Assembly (NCBI GenBank): GCA_965216635.1
Contig: OZ244188.1
Location: 1,248,001 to 1,312,000, forward strand
Reading direction: 5' to 3'
Length of the DNA: 64,000 bases
Source: a bacterium
GTDB lineage: Bacteria > SAR324 > XYD2-FULL-50-16 > G965216635
The position numbers were made by a program, and so were the translations under genes. This document shows, one piece after another, positions 39,056 through 49,293 of this stretch. Under the pieces are notes generated by a model. That model was given only the letters and a program-made list of their open reading frames with translations. It was not told the origin of the DNA and ran no database searches. Positions within the stretch are counted from its first letter, which is position 1, and every line of letters starts with the position of its first letter.

Positions 39056-40138
39056 ATGAATAGTCTAGATTTAAAAACCTACAACTACAACCTACCTGAA
39101 GAACTAATTGCTCTAAAACCGACACAACCTAGAGACAATGCAAGAATGCTTGTTTTTGATATTTTAAAAAATAAAATAGAACACCACCAAGTAAAAGATT
39201 TACCTCAGTTTTTGCCCAAAAATTCTATTTTAGTTCTCAACGAAAGTAAAGTTTTACCAGCGCGACTTGTTGGACATAGATTTTCAAAAAACAAAAAAAC
39301 GGGAGCTTATCTGGAAATTTTACTGATTCTACAAAAAAAAACAGAAAACATTTGGCAGTGCAAATTGCTCAATTCTAGAAAAGTGCAGCTAGAAGAAATT
39401 TTTGAGCTTTGTGAGGGAAAACTTCAAGCACAGCTAAAACAAAAAAATGAAGACGGGAGTTGTGATTTACAATTTTTTTACGATGGGAATTTTTTTGAGC
39501 TAATCCAAAAGTATGGTTTACCTCCGCTACCTCCTTACATTAGAAAAAGAAGAACCGAAAACTTTCCCAATCTAGAAGATAGAAAAAACTATCAGACTGT
39601 GTTTGCTAAAAATTATGGTTCTATTGCAGCCCCTACCGCTGGACTCCATTTTACAGACAACCTACTTAAAAAAATTGCAGAAAAAATCCCAATAGAAAAA
39701 ATTACTCTCCATGTGGGACTAGGAACTTTTGAGCCTTTACAAAATTGTAATATAGCAAAAAACAAACTGCACAAGGAATTTTACAGCCTCAAAAAAGAAA
39801 CCTTACAAAAAATAAAACAGGCTTTAAAAGAGAGAAAAAAAATCATCACAGTAGGCACTACCACTGTCCGTTGTTTAGAAAGTCTATTTTCTACCCAAGA
39901 AAACCCCGTAAAAACCACACAAAATTTATCCGGACAGACAAATATTTTTATTTATCCACCTTATGAATTTCAAGCAACTAGCGCAATGTTGACTAATTTT
40001 CACCTTCCAGAATCCTCCTTAATGTTACTCATAGCCGCCTTTTGTGGATTAGACAATTTACACCGCCTTTACCAAGAAGCCATTGCAAAAAAATACCGCT
40101 TTTATAGCTATGGAGATTGTATGCTGCTACTCAAATAA
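39056..40138 (+). CDS. queA: S-adenosylmethionine:tRNA ribosyltransferase-isomerase
   Basis: PLPPYI, YQTVFA, AAPTAGLHF, LTNFHLP, YSYGD. Confidence 0.97.
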   Translation: MNSLDLKTYNYNLPEELIALKPTQPRDNARMLVFDILKNKIEHHQVKDLPQFLPKNSILVLNESKVLPARLVGHRFSKNKKTGAYLEILLILQKKTENIWQCKLLNSRKVQLEEIFELCEGKLQAQLKQKNEDGSCDLQFFYDGNFFELIQKYGLPPLPPYIRKRRTENFPNLEDRKNYQTVFAKNYGSIAAPTAGLHFTDNLLKKIAEKIPIEKITLHVGLGTFEPLQNCNIAKNKLHKEFYSLKKETLQKIKQALKERKKIITVGTTTVRCLESLFSTQENPVKTTQNLSGQTNIFIYPPYEFQATSAMLTNFHLPESSLMLLIAAFCGLDNLHRLYQEAIAKKYRFYSYGDCMLLLK

Positions 40139-40324
40139 AATTATCTTTTTAGGTGATATATTCTTTGTTTGAATTTAAAAGAAAAAAAGAATAACCTGAT
40201 AAAAACTCCTAACTACCCAATGTTTGACAGCCTTGTAGACGGTTTTAAACTGGCGAGCAAGAAAAAAAAGAGAAAATTTCGTCTGCTAGTTGTTTCCCAA
40301 ATAGTAATTCAATACCGTTAAACG

Positions 40325-41173
40325 ATGTTGTTCGTAAAAATGAATTTCACAGCTACAGGCACTGCCTATAAATTTTTTACCCATCACACGGCAAAAACTC
40401 CCACTTTAATTTTTATTCACGGTGTTGGTCTCAAAGGAGATGTCTGGCAACCCCAAGTAGAATACTTTTCTAAAGAATATCAGATAATTACCTACGACCT
40501 ACTCGGGCACGGAGAAAGTCCCTTGCCCTCCAAAAAAACAAACGAAAAATTATCGTTAAACGATTATGTAGAACAATTAAGTTCACTTGTGAAACACCTT
40601 CATCTTTCCTCATTTTTTTTTGTAGGACATTCTATGGGAAGCATTATTAGTATGGCTTTTGCTTTAAAATATCCTAATAAAGTAAATGCTTTTATATCCA
40701 TGAATATGGTTTTTAATCGTAGTGCACAAGCAGCAAAAATTGCTTTAGAGAGAGCCAAAAAAATTTTAGATTATGGTCACCAATCCATTATTAAAGAAAC
40801 TTTAAACCGCTGGTTCCCGATTCCAAAAAATACTTGCGATAGACAAAAAATCGCTAAAATAAAAACTTGGCTTGAAAATACACCTCAAAAAGGGTACGCT
40901 GAAACTTATCTTTTATTTGCGAGTTCAGATAAAACTTTTCTTACTCAATTTTCTAAACTGAGTATGCCCGTTTTATATCTAACAGGAGATAAGGACCTCC
41001 ATTCTACTACAGCAATGTCTCGAGAGATGGCTAAACTAACACCGAATGGAAAGAGTATTGCTATTGCAGACGAAGCCCATATGATGGCTTATATTTCAGC
41101 AGATAAAGTAAATCCAATATTGGAGAAGTTTTTCATTGCACCAGGTGGTGATTATTTCGGTGGCGATTGTTGA
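40325..41173 (+). CDS. Alpha/beta hydrolase
   Basis: FIHGVG, YDLLGHGES, GHSMG; start may be 40340. Confidence 0.9.
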   Translation: MLFVKMNFTATGTAYKFFTHHTAKTPTLIFIHGVGLKGDVWQPQVEYFSKEYQIITYDLLGHGESPLPSKKTNEKLSLNDYVEQLSSLVKHLHLSSFFFVGHSMGSIISMAFALKYPNKVNAFISMNMVFNRSAQAAKIALERAKKILDYGHQSIIKETLNRWFPIPKNTCDRQKIAKIKTWLENTPQKGYAETYLLFASSDKTFLTQFSKLSMPVLYLTGDKDLHSTTAMSREMAKLTPNGKSIAIADEAHMMAYISADKVNPILEKFFIAPGGDYFGGDC

Positions 41174-41232
41174 TTATTGGCATAGAATGCTAATATGAAA
41201 ATTAAACAAAGTCGCTCAATCAGGCAAGCAAG

Positions 41233-42156
41233 ATGAATAAAAATCAAAATTTCAGACAAGCTCTCGGCTCTTTTCCTACAGGTGTCACTGTTGTGACGGC
41301 TATGAATAAGCAAAACAAACCCGTAGGGTTCACTGCAAATTCTTTTACTTCGGTTTCTTTAGATCCTTATTTAATACTTATTTGTATCGGAAAAAATTCA
41401 TCTAATATACAGATTTTTGAGGAAGCAGAATATTTTGCGGTAAGTGTGCTTTCACAAGAGCAGCGTGAAATATCTATAACTTTTGCTAACCCTGTAGAAA
41501 ACAGATTCGCTAAAGTTCATTGGCAAACAAAAACAACAGGCAGTCCAGTAATTAAAGATGCGGTAGCTTGGTTTGACTGTAAAAAAAGTCAATTAGTGGA
41601 TGCTGGAGACCATATTATCCTTATCGGAGAAGTAGTACAATTTGAATCTAACAAAAATGCTCCCTTAGTTTTTTTACGAGGCAATTATGTCAACCCAGAC
41701 CTTGGGCAAAAAGTAATGAAAGCTATAGAAGACAACTCTGCTAAAATTCTTGTGGGAGCATTGATTGAGTGTGACAATCAAATCTTTTTAACCGAACAAG
41801 ACACACAAGGTTTTTTAGAATTTCCAACAACTTCAAAATTTGGATCAGTAGAAGAAAATGGAAGCCTTTTGAATAAGTTAAAACAAATTGGAATTAGTGT
41901 GAAGGATTATTATCTATTTTCGGTTTTTGAAAGCGTAAATGATGGAATCAATTTTATCTATTATCGCATCCATCTTGACAAAAAACCCGAAATTACACAA
42001 GGTAAGTTTTACCCTTTTGAGGAAATACCTTTTGAACGTTTCTTTTACGATTGGAGCAAAACAATGTTAAAACGCTATATTAGTGAACGAAAATCGGATT
42101 CGTTTGGAATTTATGTTGGTAAAGAGAGTGAGGGAAAAATAGCAGAAATAAAATGA
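41233..42156 (+). CDS. Flavin reductase family protein with C-terminal extra domain
   Basis: FRQALGSFPTGVTVVT, ANSFTSVSLDP, AGDH. Confidence 0.92.
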   Translation: MNKNQNFRQALGSFPTGVTVVTAMNKQNKPVGFTANSFTSVSLDPYLILICIGKNSSNIQIFEEAEYFAVSVLSQEQREISITFANPVENRFAKVHWQTKTTGSPVIKDAVAWFDCKKSQLVDAGDHIILIGEVVQFESNKNAPLVFLRGNYVNPDLGQKVMKAIEDNSAKILVGALIECDNQIFLTEQDTQGFLEFPTTSKFGSVEENGSLLNKLKQIGISVKDYYLFSVFESVNDGINFIYYRIHLDKKPEITQGKFYPFEEIPFERFFYDWSKTMLKRYISERKSDSFGIYVGKESEGKIAEIK

Positions 42157-43208
42157 TGGAATTTTCTATACTTATACACATGGAGCGGATTGACAAAAAC
42201 CAATGCCAAAAACAGCTCTATAATGAATATATTGAACTCTGCCTTTTAGCAGAAAAAGCCGGCTTTAGTACTATATGGACTGGAGAACATCACGGTATGA
42301 ATTTTACCATAGCTCCCAATCCTTTTATCAATTTAGCAGCCCTATCTGGGTGCACAAAATCCATTAAACTAGGAACAGCAACAATTGTAGCCCCCTTTTG
42401 GCACCCCGTAAAATTAGCAGAAGAAACTGCAATGGCAGATATTATTACACAAGGAAGATTGCAACTTGGCATTGCTAGAGGAGCCTACTCTTTTGAATAC
42501 GACAGAGTAGCAGATGGGATTGACCCTTTTAGTGCAGGAGAGGCACTGCGAGAAATCATACCAGCAATAAAATCACTTTGGATTGGTGATTACGAACACA
42601 AAGGCAAACGTTGGGCTTTTCCCAAAACCACTAGCTCACCCAAACCATTCCAAGAACCACACCCGCCTATTTGGGTTGCAGCCAGAGACCAAAACTCCCA
42701 CGACTTTGCAATCTCCAATGGTTGCAATGTGCAAGTCACTCCACTCTGGCAAGGAGACGAAGAAGTAGCTACCTTGATAGAAAAATTTCACAACGCCTGC
42801 AAAGACACCAAAAACAAAGCTCATCTCCAAAAAATCAAACCTAAGATAATGCTACTACGACATACTTTTATAGCTGAGACAGAAACAGAGATAAAACAAG
42901 GAGCCAAAGATATTTCTCGATTTTATTGTTATTTCGGAGCTTGGTTTAAAAACGAAAGGCCCATAAGTCAAGGTTTAATCAAAATGCTCACTGAAGCAGA
43001 AATGTCTAAAATGGAAATTTACTCTCCTGAAAACATGCGAAAAAACAGTATTATAGGCACACCAGAAGAAGCCATCCAAAGACTAAAAATCTGCGAAGAA
43101 TTGGGCTACGATGAATATTGCTGTTGGGTTGATAGTAGTATGGATTTTAAAACCAAAAAAAAATCTCTAGAACTATTCATTGAAAAAGTTATGCCCGCCT
43201 TTGCTTAA
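42153..43208 (+). CDS. LLM-class (luciferase-like) flavin-dependent monooxygenase
   Basis: WTGEHH, PFWHP, GRLQLGIARG, PPIWVAA, IIGTPEE. Confidence 0.93.
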   Translation: MMEFSILIHMERIDKNQCQKQLYNEYIELCLLAEKAGFSTIWTGEHHGMNFTIAPNPFINLAALSGCTKSIKLGTATIVAPFWHPVKLAEETAMADIITQGRLQLGIARGAYSFEYDRVADGIDPFSAGEALREIIPAIKSLWIGDYEHKGKRWAFPKTTSSPKPFQEPHPPIWVAARDQNSHDFAISNGCNVQVTPLWQGDEEVATLIEKFHNACKDTKNKAHLQKIKPKIMLLRHTFIAETETEIKQGAKDISRFYCYFGAWFKNERPISQGLIKMLTEAEMSKMEIYSPENMRKNSIIGTPEEAIQRLKICEELGYDEYCCWVDSSMDFKTKKKSLELFIEKVMPAFA

Positions 43209-43246
43209 AAAATAATGAGACCTTTGAATTAGTGAAAATTAGCCAA

Positions 43247-43358
43247 TAAAAATCAACCAGTAAAAATCAACCAGTAAAAATCAACCAGTAAAAATCAACC
43301 AGTAAAAATCAACCAGTAAAAATCAACCAGTAAAAATCAACCAGTAAAAATCAACCAG
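43247..43358 (+). repeat. Tandem repeat, 8 x TAAAAATCAACCAG
   Basis: Eight perfect 14-bp units plus degenerate flanks. Confidence 0.97.
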
Positions 43359-43369
43359 TAAAATTTAAA

Positions 43370-43816
43370 GTGAAAATCAAAATTTTTGAATTGAAAGAAG
43401 AAGATAGAGAACAGTGGGAAACTCTTTACTGTGGTTATGCGAAGTTTTATCAAACTCCAATGAATAAAGAAATTCTGGATAAAGTTTGGTCTTGGATTCA
43501 CAACAAGGAAAAGAAATTTTACGCCCTGATAGCCAAAGATGAGACAGGCAAGGCTTTAGGAATTATGCACTATAGAGAAATGCCGTCTCCTTTGAGAGGT
43601 CAAAGTGTAGGTTTTTTAGACGATTTATTCGTTCATCCAGACTACAGAGGGAAATCCGTAGTGAACGAGTTATTTACAGCTTTACGACAAACCGCTAAAA
43701 ATAAAAACTGGAAATTTATACGCTGGATAACCGCAGACAATAACTATAGAGGTAGAGCCGTCTACGACAGATTAGCCGAAAGGACAGGCTGGATAACCTA
43801 CGAAATGAAGATCTAG
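43370..43816 (+). CDS. GNAT acetyltransferase
   Basis: LDDLFVHPDYRGK, WITADNNYRGRAVYD. Confidence 0.92.
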   Translation: MKIKIFELKEEDREQWETLYCGYAKFYQTPMNKEILDKVWSWIHNKEKKFYALIAKDETGKALGIMHYREMPSPLRGQSVGFLDDLFVHPDYRGKSVVNELFTALRQTAKNKNWKFIRWITADNNYRGRAVYDRLAERTGWITYEMKI

Positions 43817-43997
43817 ACTTTTGAATTTGCTTGTCTAGTTTAGCCAAAGCAGCGTTGAAAAATTTTTTAACTCTTGCCATTTGTGAAGAAATGCTCTTCA
43901 GTATTCCTACGAGCTAAAAAAATTTTTCGCACCTGTTCTAACCATTTGGCTAGCCGTCACAGCTAGTTTTGTCCTATTTGGCAAATTCAAAAGTCTA
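43814..43997. mobile_element. MITE copy (184 bp), no TSD
   Basis: TIRs intact; first about 150 bp like 36006 copy, alternative right-end module; flanks AGATC/CTCTA differ. Confidence 0.9.
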
Positions 43998-44143
43998 CTC
44001 TATAGAAAAAACACTAAAAAATATCTAGCCACTTTTAAACTAGTTATTCCTTAAAAGGAAAAAAAATCTGTATCATTATTTGTATCGCTAGTTTCTCTGG
44101 AAATACTAGAATTTTCTGGAAACTTTTCTTCTTTTGTTCGTTT

Positions 44144-45562
44144 TCAGAAACTTAATTTTAGTTTTTTGATTTCATTCATTTTTTCAATTTTCATTTTTAA
44201 ATATTCCATAGGTCTATCCCCTTTTACCCTATTGCAACTTCCGCATAAAAGCTGATAATTTTCAAAATAATCTCCACCACCTCTAGATTTAGGCACTATA
44301 TGGTCTTGTTCTAAATTTCTTTTTTCAAAAGCAACAAAGCAACCGTTACATTTTCCTTTTTGATTTTTAAATAAAATATCTTTTATGTTTTTTGTAGGCT
44401 TTTCTTTTTTTATATCGCTTCTTTGAGGTATATCATTTCTTTGCACAAAATCTGTAAATAATCCGCTATCACTTTCTAGTCTTTGCATAACTAAATCTAC
44501 AGATTTTTCTGCTATATCAATCCCAATCCATTTGCGCTCTAATTGTTGTGCCGCTACCATAGTCGTAGCACAGCCGCAAAAAGGGTCAAATACCACCTCT
44601 CCTTTATTACTACTTGCTTTGATTATTCTGTGTAATAGTTTCAAAGGTTTTTGGGTAGGATAACCAGTATCCTCACTTCTAGTGAGAAATATATCGTCCC
44701 ACAAATTACCAACAGGAACGCCGTTATAATCTTTTAAATATTTACGTCTTTCTAATTTTCCGTTTTCTTTAATCACAATATTTCCTTTTTCGTATTCTTC
44801 TTGTAGTCTTTTTTTACTTAATCTCCAGCCAGATGGGTGTGGATTTTCAAACCCTTTCCAAGTATAACAAAGATTGGGTCTAGCTCCCATTTTGGGAGTA
44901 CAAAATATATGGCTGTTATCTAATCGGTAGCGTTCCCCGTTTCTATCCATCAAAGAGAATTGCTCTTGAATTTCTTCTGGTAACAATTCTCTGGTATTTC
45001 TAAATACATTTTGCTCTTCTCCTTTTTTGTAATGAAAAATATTATCGGTGGTAACTCCCCAAGTTTTTGCTTGAAATTGACTCCCTTTTTGGAGGGAGCT
45101 ATGTCTTTTCCAAATAATCATTCCTAATACTTTATCTTTTCCAAACACTTTATCTAAAATTATCTTTAGGTAGTGACTAGCTGTAGGGTCGCAGTGAAGA
45201 TAAAAACTACCTGTAGATCTTAAAATTCGGTGCATCTCTATTATCCTCTGCGCCATATAGACTAAGTAAGACATCATTGATTCTCCGTGTATTTCACCTA
45301 CAGAAGCAATAAAATTAGCCATAAATGGATAGTTATTGAATAGTTTCTCAAGGTGAAATTTATCTACATCGTTCCATTTCCACATATCTTTAAAAGCAGA
45401 ACCAGCCGCCTTGCTTCCTACTGGCGCTTCATACATTCTTTTGGAATTAAAAGGAGGGTCTAGGTATATCAGGTCTACACTTTCGCTATTCATTCCTTGC
45501 AAAATATAGAGATTATCTCCAGTAAATAAAGTATTAAGTTTTATATTTAGTGGAGAATTCAT
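44144..45562 (-). CDS. N6/N4 DNA methyltransferase fused to C-terminal HNH nuclease
   Basis: YLDPPF...YPTQKP...DPFCGCAT (beta-class order); CNGC...DHIVP..GG...NYQLLCGSCNRVKG. Confidence 0.9.
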   Translation of the reverse strand: MNSPLNIKLNTLFTGDNLYILQGMNSESVDLIYLDPPFNSKRMYEAPVGSKAAGSAFKDMWKWNDVDKFHLEKLFNNYPFMANFIASVGEIHGESMMSYLVYMAQRIIEMHRILRSTGSFYLHCDPTASHYLKIILDKVFGKDKVLGMIIWKRHSSLQKGSQFQAKTWGVTTDNIFHYKKGEEQNVFRNTRELLPEEIQEQFSLMDRNGERYRLDNSHIFCTPKMGARPNLCYTWKGFENPHPSGWRLSKKRLQEEYEKGNIVIKENGKLERRKYLKDYNGVPVGNLWDDIFLTRSEDTGYPTQKPLKLLHRIIKASSNKGEVVFDPFCGCATTMVAAQQLERKWIGIDIAEKSVDLVMQRLESDSGLFTDFVQRNDIPQRSDIKKEKPTKNIKDILFKNQKGKCNGCFVAFEKRNLEQDHIVPKSRGGGDYFENYQLLCGSCNRVKGDRPMEYLKMKIEKMNEIKKLKLSF

Positions 45563-45636
45563 TATTTTCTTGGATTTTTTAGAATATCTTGATTGCAGCA
45601 GCTATATTCTATTTCAATCAAAAACTCGCCAAATAG

Positions 45637-46008
45637 CTAAAATGGAAAAGAATCTGTATTAGTATCTTTATTGCCAGAACTTTCTAAATTTTCTGGTGCT
45701 GAATCTTGTTTTTCTCTAATTTCTGTAGGTTGTTTTTCTTGTAAAGAAGAACCAGTTTGTTTGTTTGTGCCACTAGGATTTTGTGTAGACAAGTTTTCTG
45801 TATAGTCTTTTTCTTCCCAGTTACCATCTTTTTCTGTCAATATACGAACCCTTTTATCTGCGGCTTCTAGAGTTTTTTGGCAGTCTTTGCTTAAAACAAT
45901 TCCAGCCTCAAATTCCTTAAGAGCTTTTTCTAAAGGAAGGTCTCCTTGACTTAGATTTTGGTTTATTTTTTCTAATTCTTGTAATTTTTCTTCAAAAGTT
46001 TTTTCCAT
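45637..46008 (-). CDS. xseB: Exodeoxyribonuclease VII small subunit with C-terminal extension
   Basis: TFEEKLQELE...LPLEKALKEFEAG...CQKTL. Confidence 0.92.
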   Translation of the reverse strand: MEKTFEEKLQELEKINQNLSQGDLPLEKALKEFEAGIVLSKDCQKTLEAADKRVRILTEKDGNWEEKDYTENLSTQNPSGTNKQTGSSLQEKQPTEIREKQDSAPENLESSGNKDTNTDSFPF

Positions 46009-46021
46009 ATTATTTTATTAG

Positions 46022-47236
46022 TTAAAAAAGTTGATTCTCTACCAAATCAGCTAAAGTCTCCCTCTTGCGAATCAATTTCGCTTCCCCTTTTAAGTCTATT
46101 AAAACTTCCGCGGGGCGTAGCATAGAATTATAATTACTTGCCATAGTAAAACCATAGGCTCCTGTATCCAAAATTGCAAGAATATCTCCAATTTTTGTAT
46201 TTTGGGGCAAGTTTCTATCTTTCCCCAAAATATCACCTGATTCACAAATATTTCCAGTAATGGTGAATTTTTTTGTCTGCTTTGACTTATTGGAACTGTG
46301 GACGATTTTATGGTAAGCTCCATAAAATTCAGGACGGAGTAGAAAATTAAAACCCAAATCGGTACCTAAAAAATCTATACCTTGATTGTTTTTGATAGAT
46401 CTCACTCTAGCCAAACAACAGCCAGCGTGCCCTATAATATATCTACCTGGTTGGATGCCAAAATTCACCTTTTCCCTACCCTTTTTTTCTTGCCATTTTT
46501 CAAGCATTTCTGTGAATTTTTTTGAGTATTTTTCTATGGGAAAATCTTTTTCACTTTCTTTATAAGCAATCCCAAAACCACCGCCAAAATCAATATATTC
46601 TATACTAGGATAGCATTCCGCAATTTTTAAAAGTAGTGCTGCCGCTTCTTGGAAAGGCGTGCTTTCTAAAAACAAAGAGCCTATATGAGCGCTGATACCT
46701 ATAATTTTTTTCTTTTTTTTAGCAGCAAGTTCAAAAGCCTCTGAAATTTGAGGTAAATCTATACCAAACTTTACCTTTCCAGCGGTAATCACTCTTTGGT
46801 GATGTCCTTCTCCTTTGGTAGGGTTGATGCGAATGCAAGCATTATCCCCCTCTAGTGCAAAGTATTTTTCTAGCTGACAAAGAGAATCCAAACAAACAAA
46901 AAATTGATTTTTGACTAACCATTCCAAGTCTTCGGTCGCAATATTATTACCACTAAAAAGGATTTCTTTTATCCTCCATCCTGCAAGCTGTGCTAACTTT
47001 AATTCAGCAAGGCTAATCACTTCTGCAAATATATCTTCAGAGCGAATAATTTTTAATAAAGCAATGTTGGAATTTGCCTTGACAGCGTAGTGAATTTGAA
47101 AATTTTTAAGAGTACAGAGTTGTTTGATTTTTTGGCAACTTTTCCTTAAAATTTTCTCACTATAAACATACAAGGGAGATGAAAATTTATCTACTAGCTC
47201 TGTGGGGGAATATTTACCAAACATAGTGGGTCTCAT
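46022..47236 (-). CDS. lysA: Diaminopimelate decarboxylase
   Basis: YAVKAN, KFGI, HIGS, DFGGG, GNICESGD, GAYG..MASNYN. Confidence 0.95.
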   Translation of the reverse strand: MRPTMFGKYSPTELVDKFSSPLYVYSEKILRKSCQKIKQLCTLKNFQIHYAVKANSNIALLKIIRSEDIFAEVISLAELKLAQLAGWRIKEILFSGNNIATEDLEWLVKNQFFVCLDSLCQLEKYFALEGDNACIRINPTKGEGHHQRVITAGKVKFGIDLPQISEAFELAAKKKKKIIGISAHIGSLFLESTPFQEAAALLLKIAECYPSIEYIDFGGGFGIAYKESEKDFPIEKYSKKFTEMLEKWQEKKGREKVNFGIQPGRYIIGHAGCCLARVRSIKNNQGIDFLGTDLGFNFLLRPEFYGAYHKIVHSSNKSKQTKKFTITGNICESGDILGKDRNLPQNTKIGDILAILDTGAYGFTMASNYNSMLRPAEVLIDLKGEAKLIRKRETLADLVENQLF

Positions 47237-47245
47237 TTTTTAGGC

Positions 47246-49291
47246 TTATTTTTTAGTATCGTCTATGCTTTGTAAAAAATGCCAATTTAATAATTTTTGA
47301 AAAGCTTGCTGTTTTTGATAAATTTCTAGTAAAGGATTTTCTTCTGCTGAACCTCGCGTATCTGACTGAACCCGTTTCATTTTACCTGCTGGTTGGTTTA
47401 TCCATTGATAATAAACAGGATTTTGTTGTAATAAAACAGCTCCTTCTGTAGACATCACAAAAGCACTATTGAAAGCAAAATCTTTTTTATCTGTTTTAGA
47501 TAAAAGATTGTTTCCACTCGCCAAATATTTTGCATTAGGGAATATATTACTAAATATTGTAGGAAAAATATCTCTATGAGAACCTATTCTTTGCTTATCA
47601 AAAGTAACATTTTTTTTATATAATTTTGGTAAATAAAGATAAAAAGGAACTGCAAACTTATAAAAAATGTTTTCTTCATAAACGTTGTAGTTGAACATAT
47701 CTCTTGTATTATGATCTCCTGTTCCAGCAATCACAACATTATTTTTTAAAAGACTATCCTGTTTTACCTCAGAAATAAACTTCCCGAAAGTTTCGCTGGT
47801 GTATTGATAGGTTGTAAATATTTGTTGCCGTTTTTTATGAGACAATAGAATTTTTTGCATGGATTTAGGTGTTTTTTTCAGTGGATAGGGTTGGTAATTT
47901 GAAGGAAAAACATAAGGCACATGGTTGGTTGTAGTTAAGAAAAAAACAAACAAAGGCTTAGATGTTTTTTTAATTCTTTGTAAAATATAATCGTAGACTG
48001 TTTCTTCATAACCTCCATAAAAATTTGATTCTGCATCAGGATAAATTTTTTTAAAATCATTCCAGCCTAAAATTTCATCAAATCCTAAGGAAACAAGCAA
48101 GTTGCCCATTTTATGCCAATCTTTTTTTCCGCTGGTTACAAAAATAGTTTTATAACCTTGTTTTTTAAAAACATTAGGAATGGATGAATCCAGTGAAGTT
48201 TTGTGATATTTAGATGCAGTGATATCCAATCCTAAAAAATTGGCGAGTAAAAACTGCATAGAAGCGTGAGTTCCTTGTGTAATAGAAAGAAAATTTTTGA
48301 AAAAAAAATCTTCTTTCGTATGAGAATCTAAACTTCCTAATAAATTAAACTGCTCGTTATCGTGAAATTTTAATAGATGTCTACCCCAACCTTCCATCAA
48401 AACAAATATCGTATGCGGATTTTGACTAAAAACAGTATTTTCTGTTTTTTTGTATATTTTCTCTTTTAGACTACTCTGGGAAACTTCAATATTAGGGTAG
48501 AGTGTTTTAAAGGATTCTGTTGCTTCTTTTGTTTTTATCTCAGTTAAAGTAGAAAGATTTTTATGATCTTTATAAGCCACATAAAGAGCAATAATACCGT
48601 TAGTAACAGAGCTATTGAGTAAGTTGTTATCTGTTATTTCTGCATCTCTGATAAAAGAATAAATAGTATGCGGGTTGAGAGAACTCCTTGCAGAAATAAA
48701 AATCAAAAAGAATACAGCTAGGGTATAAATCATTTTTGAATACCACCTTCTCAAATGCAACTGAGGTGGATTCCATCGTAACAGTAATTTATGAATACAA
48801 AATAAAGCAATAATTCCAAAAATCAAAAGAAAAATTAAAAGAGGGAGGGAAAATTCTCCATTCAGATATTGGTATAAATCTCCAAAATTTTCGTTTTGTG
48901 CCTCAAAAATAAAAGCATCAATTTTACCTTGAAAAGGTCGGTAATAAAAAAAATTTATAAAGCTGATAATAAAACTTACAACAAAAGACAACAAGCCGAT
49001 ATAAGGTAAAAAACGGGCTAACAATAGAACTGGTTTTTGCCACGGAAGTAACCAAAATATAATACCTAAAAAAAAAAAAGGAATAATGAAAATCGTGAAT
49101 AATTTTAAACTTCCTCTCACTCCCCCAAGGAGTGCTTGAATGAAACTGTTTAGCTCAATGGAATGAAAATTACCGTATTTAATAATAATTGCTATTTGAA
49201 ATAACAACATCATTATAACGCTAACAAATACATAGAGAAATAAGTAAGAAACAACTCTATGCCAATAATCAAAACTTTTTAAACTGCCCAT
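47246..49291 (-). CDS. LTA synthase family / sulfatase-domain membrane protein
   Basis: 5 TM, then VLMEGW, TTTNHVPY, TGDH, GSHRDIFPT. Confidence 0.88.
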   Translation of the reverse strand: MGSLKSFDYWHRVVSYLFLYVFVSVIMMLLFQIAIIIKYGNFHSIELNSFIQALLGGVRGSLKLFTIFIIPFFFLGIIFWLLPWQKPVLLLARFLPYIGLLSFVVSFIISFINFFYYRPFQGKIDAFIFEAQNENFGDLYQYLNGEFSLPLLIFLLIFGIIALFCIHKLLLRWNPPQLHLRRWYSKMIYTLAVFFLIFISARSSLNPHTIYSFIRDAEITDNNLLNSSVTNGIIALYVAYKDHKNLSTLTEIKTKEATESFKTLYPNIEVSQSSLKEKIYKKTENTVFSQNPHTIFVLMEGWGRHLLKFHDNEQFNLLGSLDSHTKEDFFFKNFLSITQGTHASMQFLLANFLGLDITASKYHKTSLDSSIPNVFKKQGYKTIFVTSGKKDWHKMGNLLVSLGFDEILGWNDFKKIYPDAESNFYGGYEETVYDYILQRIKKTSKPLFVFFLTTTNHVPYVFPSNYQPYPLKKTPKSMQKILLSHKKRQQIFTTYQYTSETFGKFISEVKQDSLLKNNVVIAGTGDHNTRDMFNYNVYEENIFYKFAVPFYLYLPKLYKKNVTFDKQRIGSHRDIFPTIFSNIFPNAKYLASGNNLLSKTDKKDFAFNSAFVMSTEGAVLLQQNPVYYQWINQPAGKMKRVQSDTRGSAEENPLLEIYQKQQAFQKLLNWHFLQSIDDTKK

Positions 49292-49293
49292 TC

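Noticed and set aside
43247..43358. CRISPR or replication iterons
   Set aside because: No spacers and no rep or dnaA gene nearby; simple VNTR.
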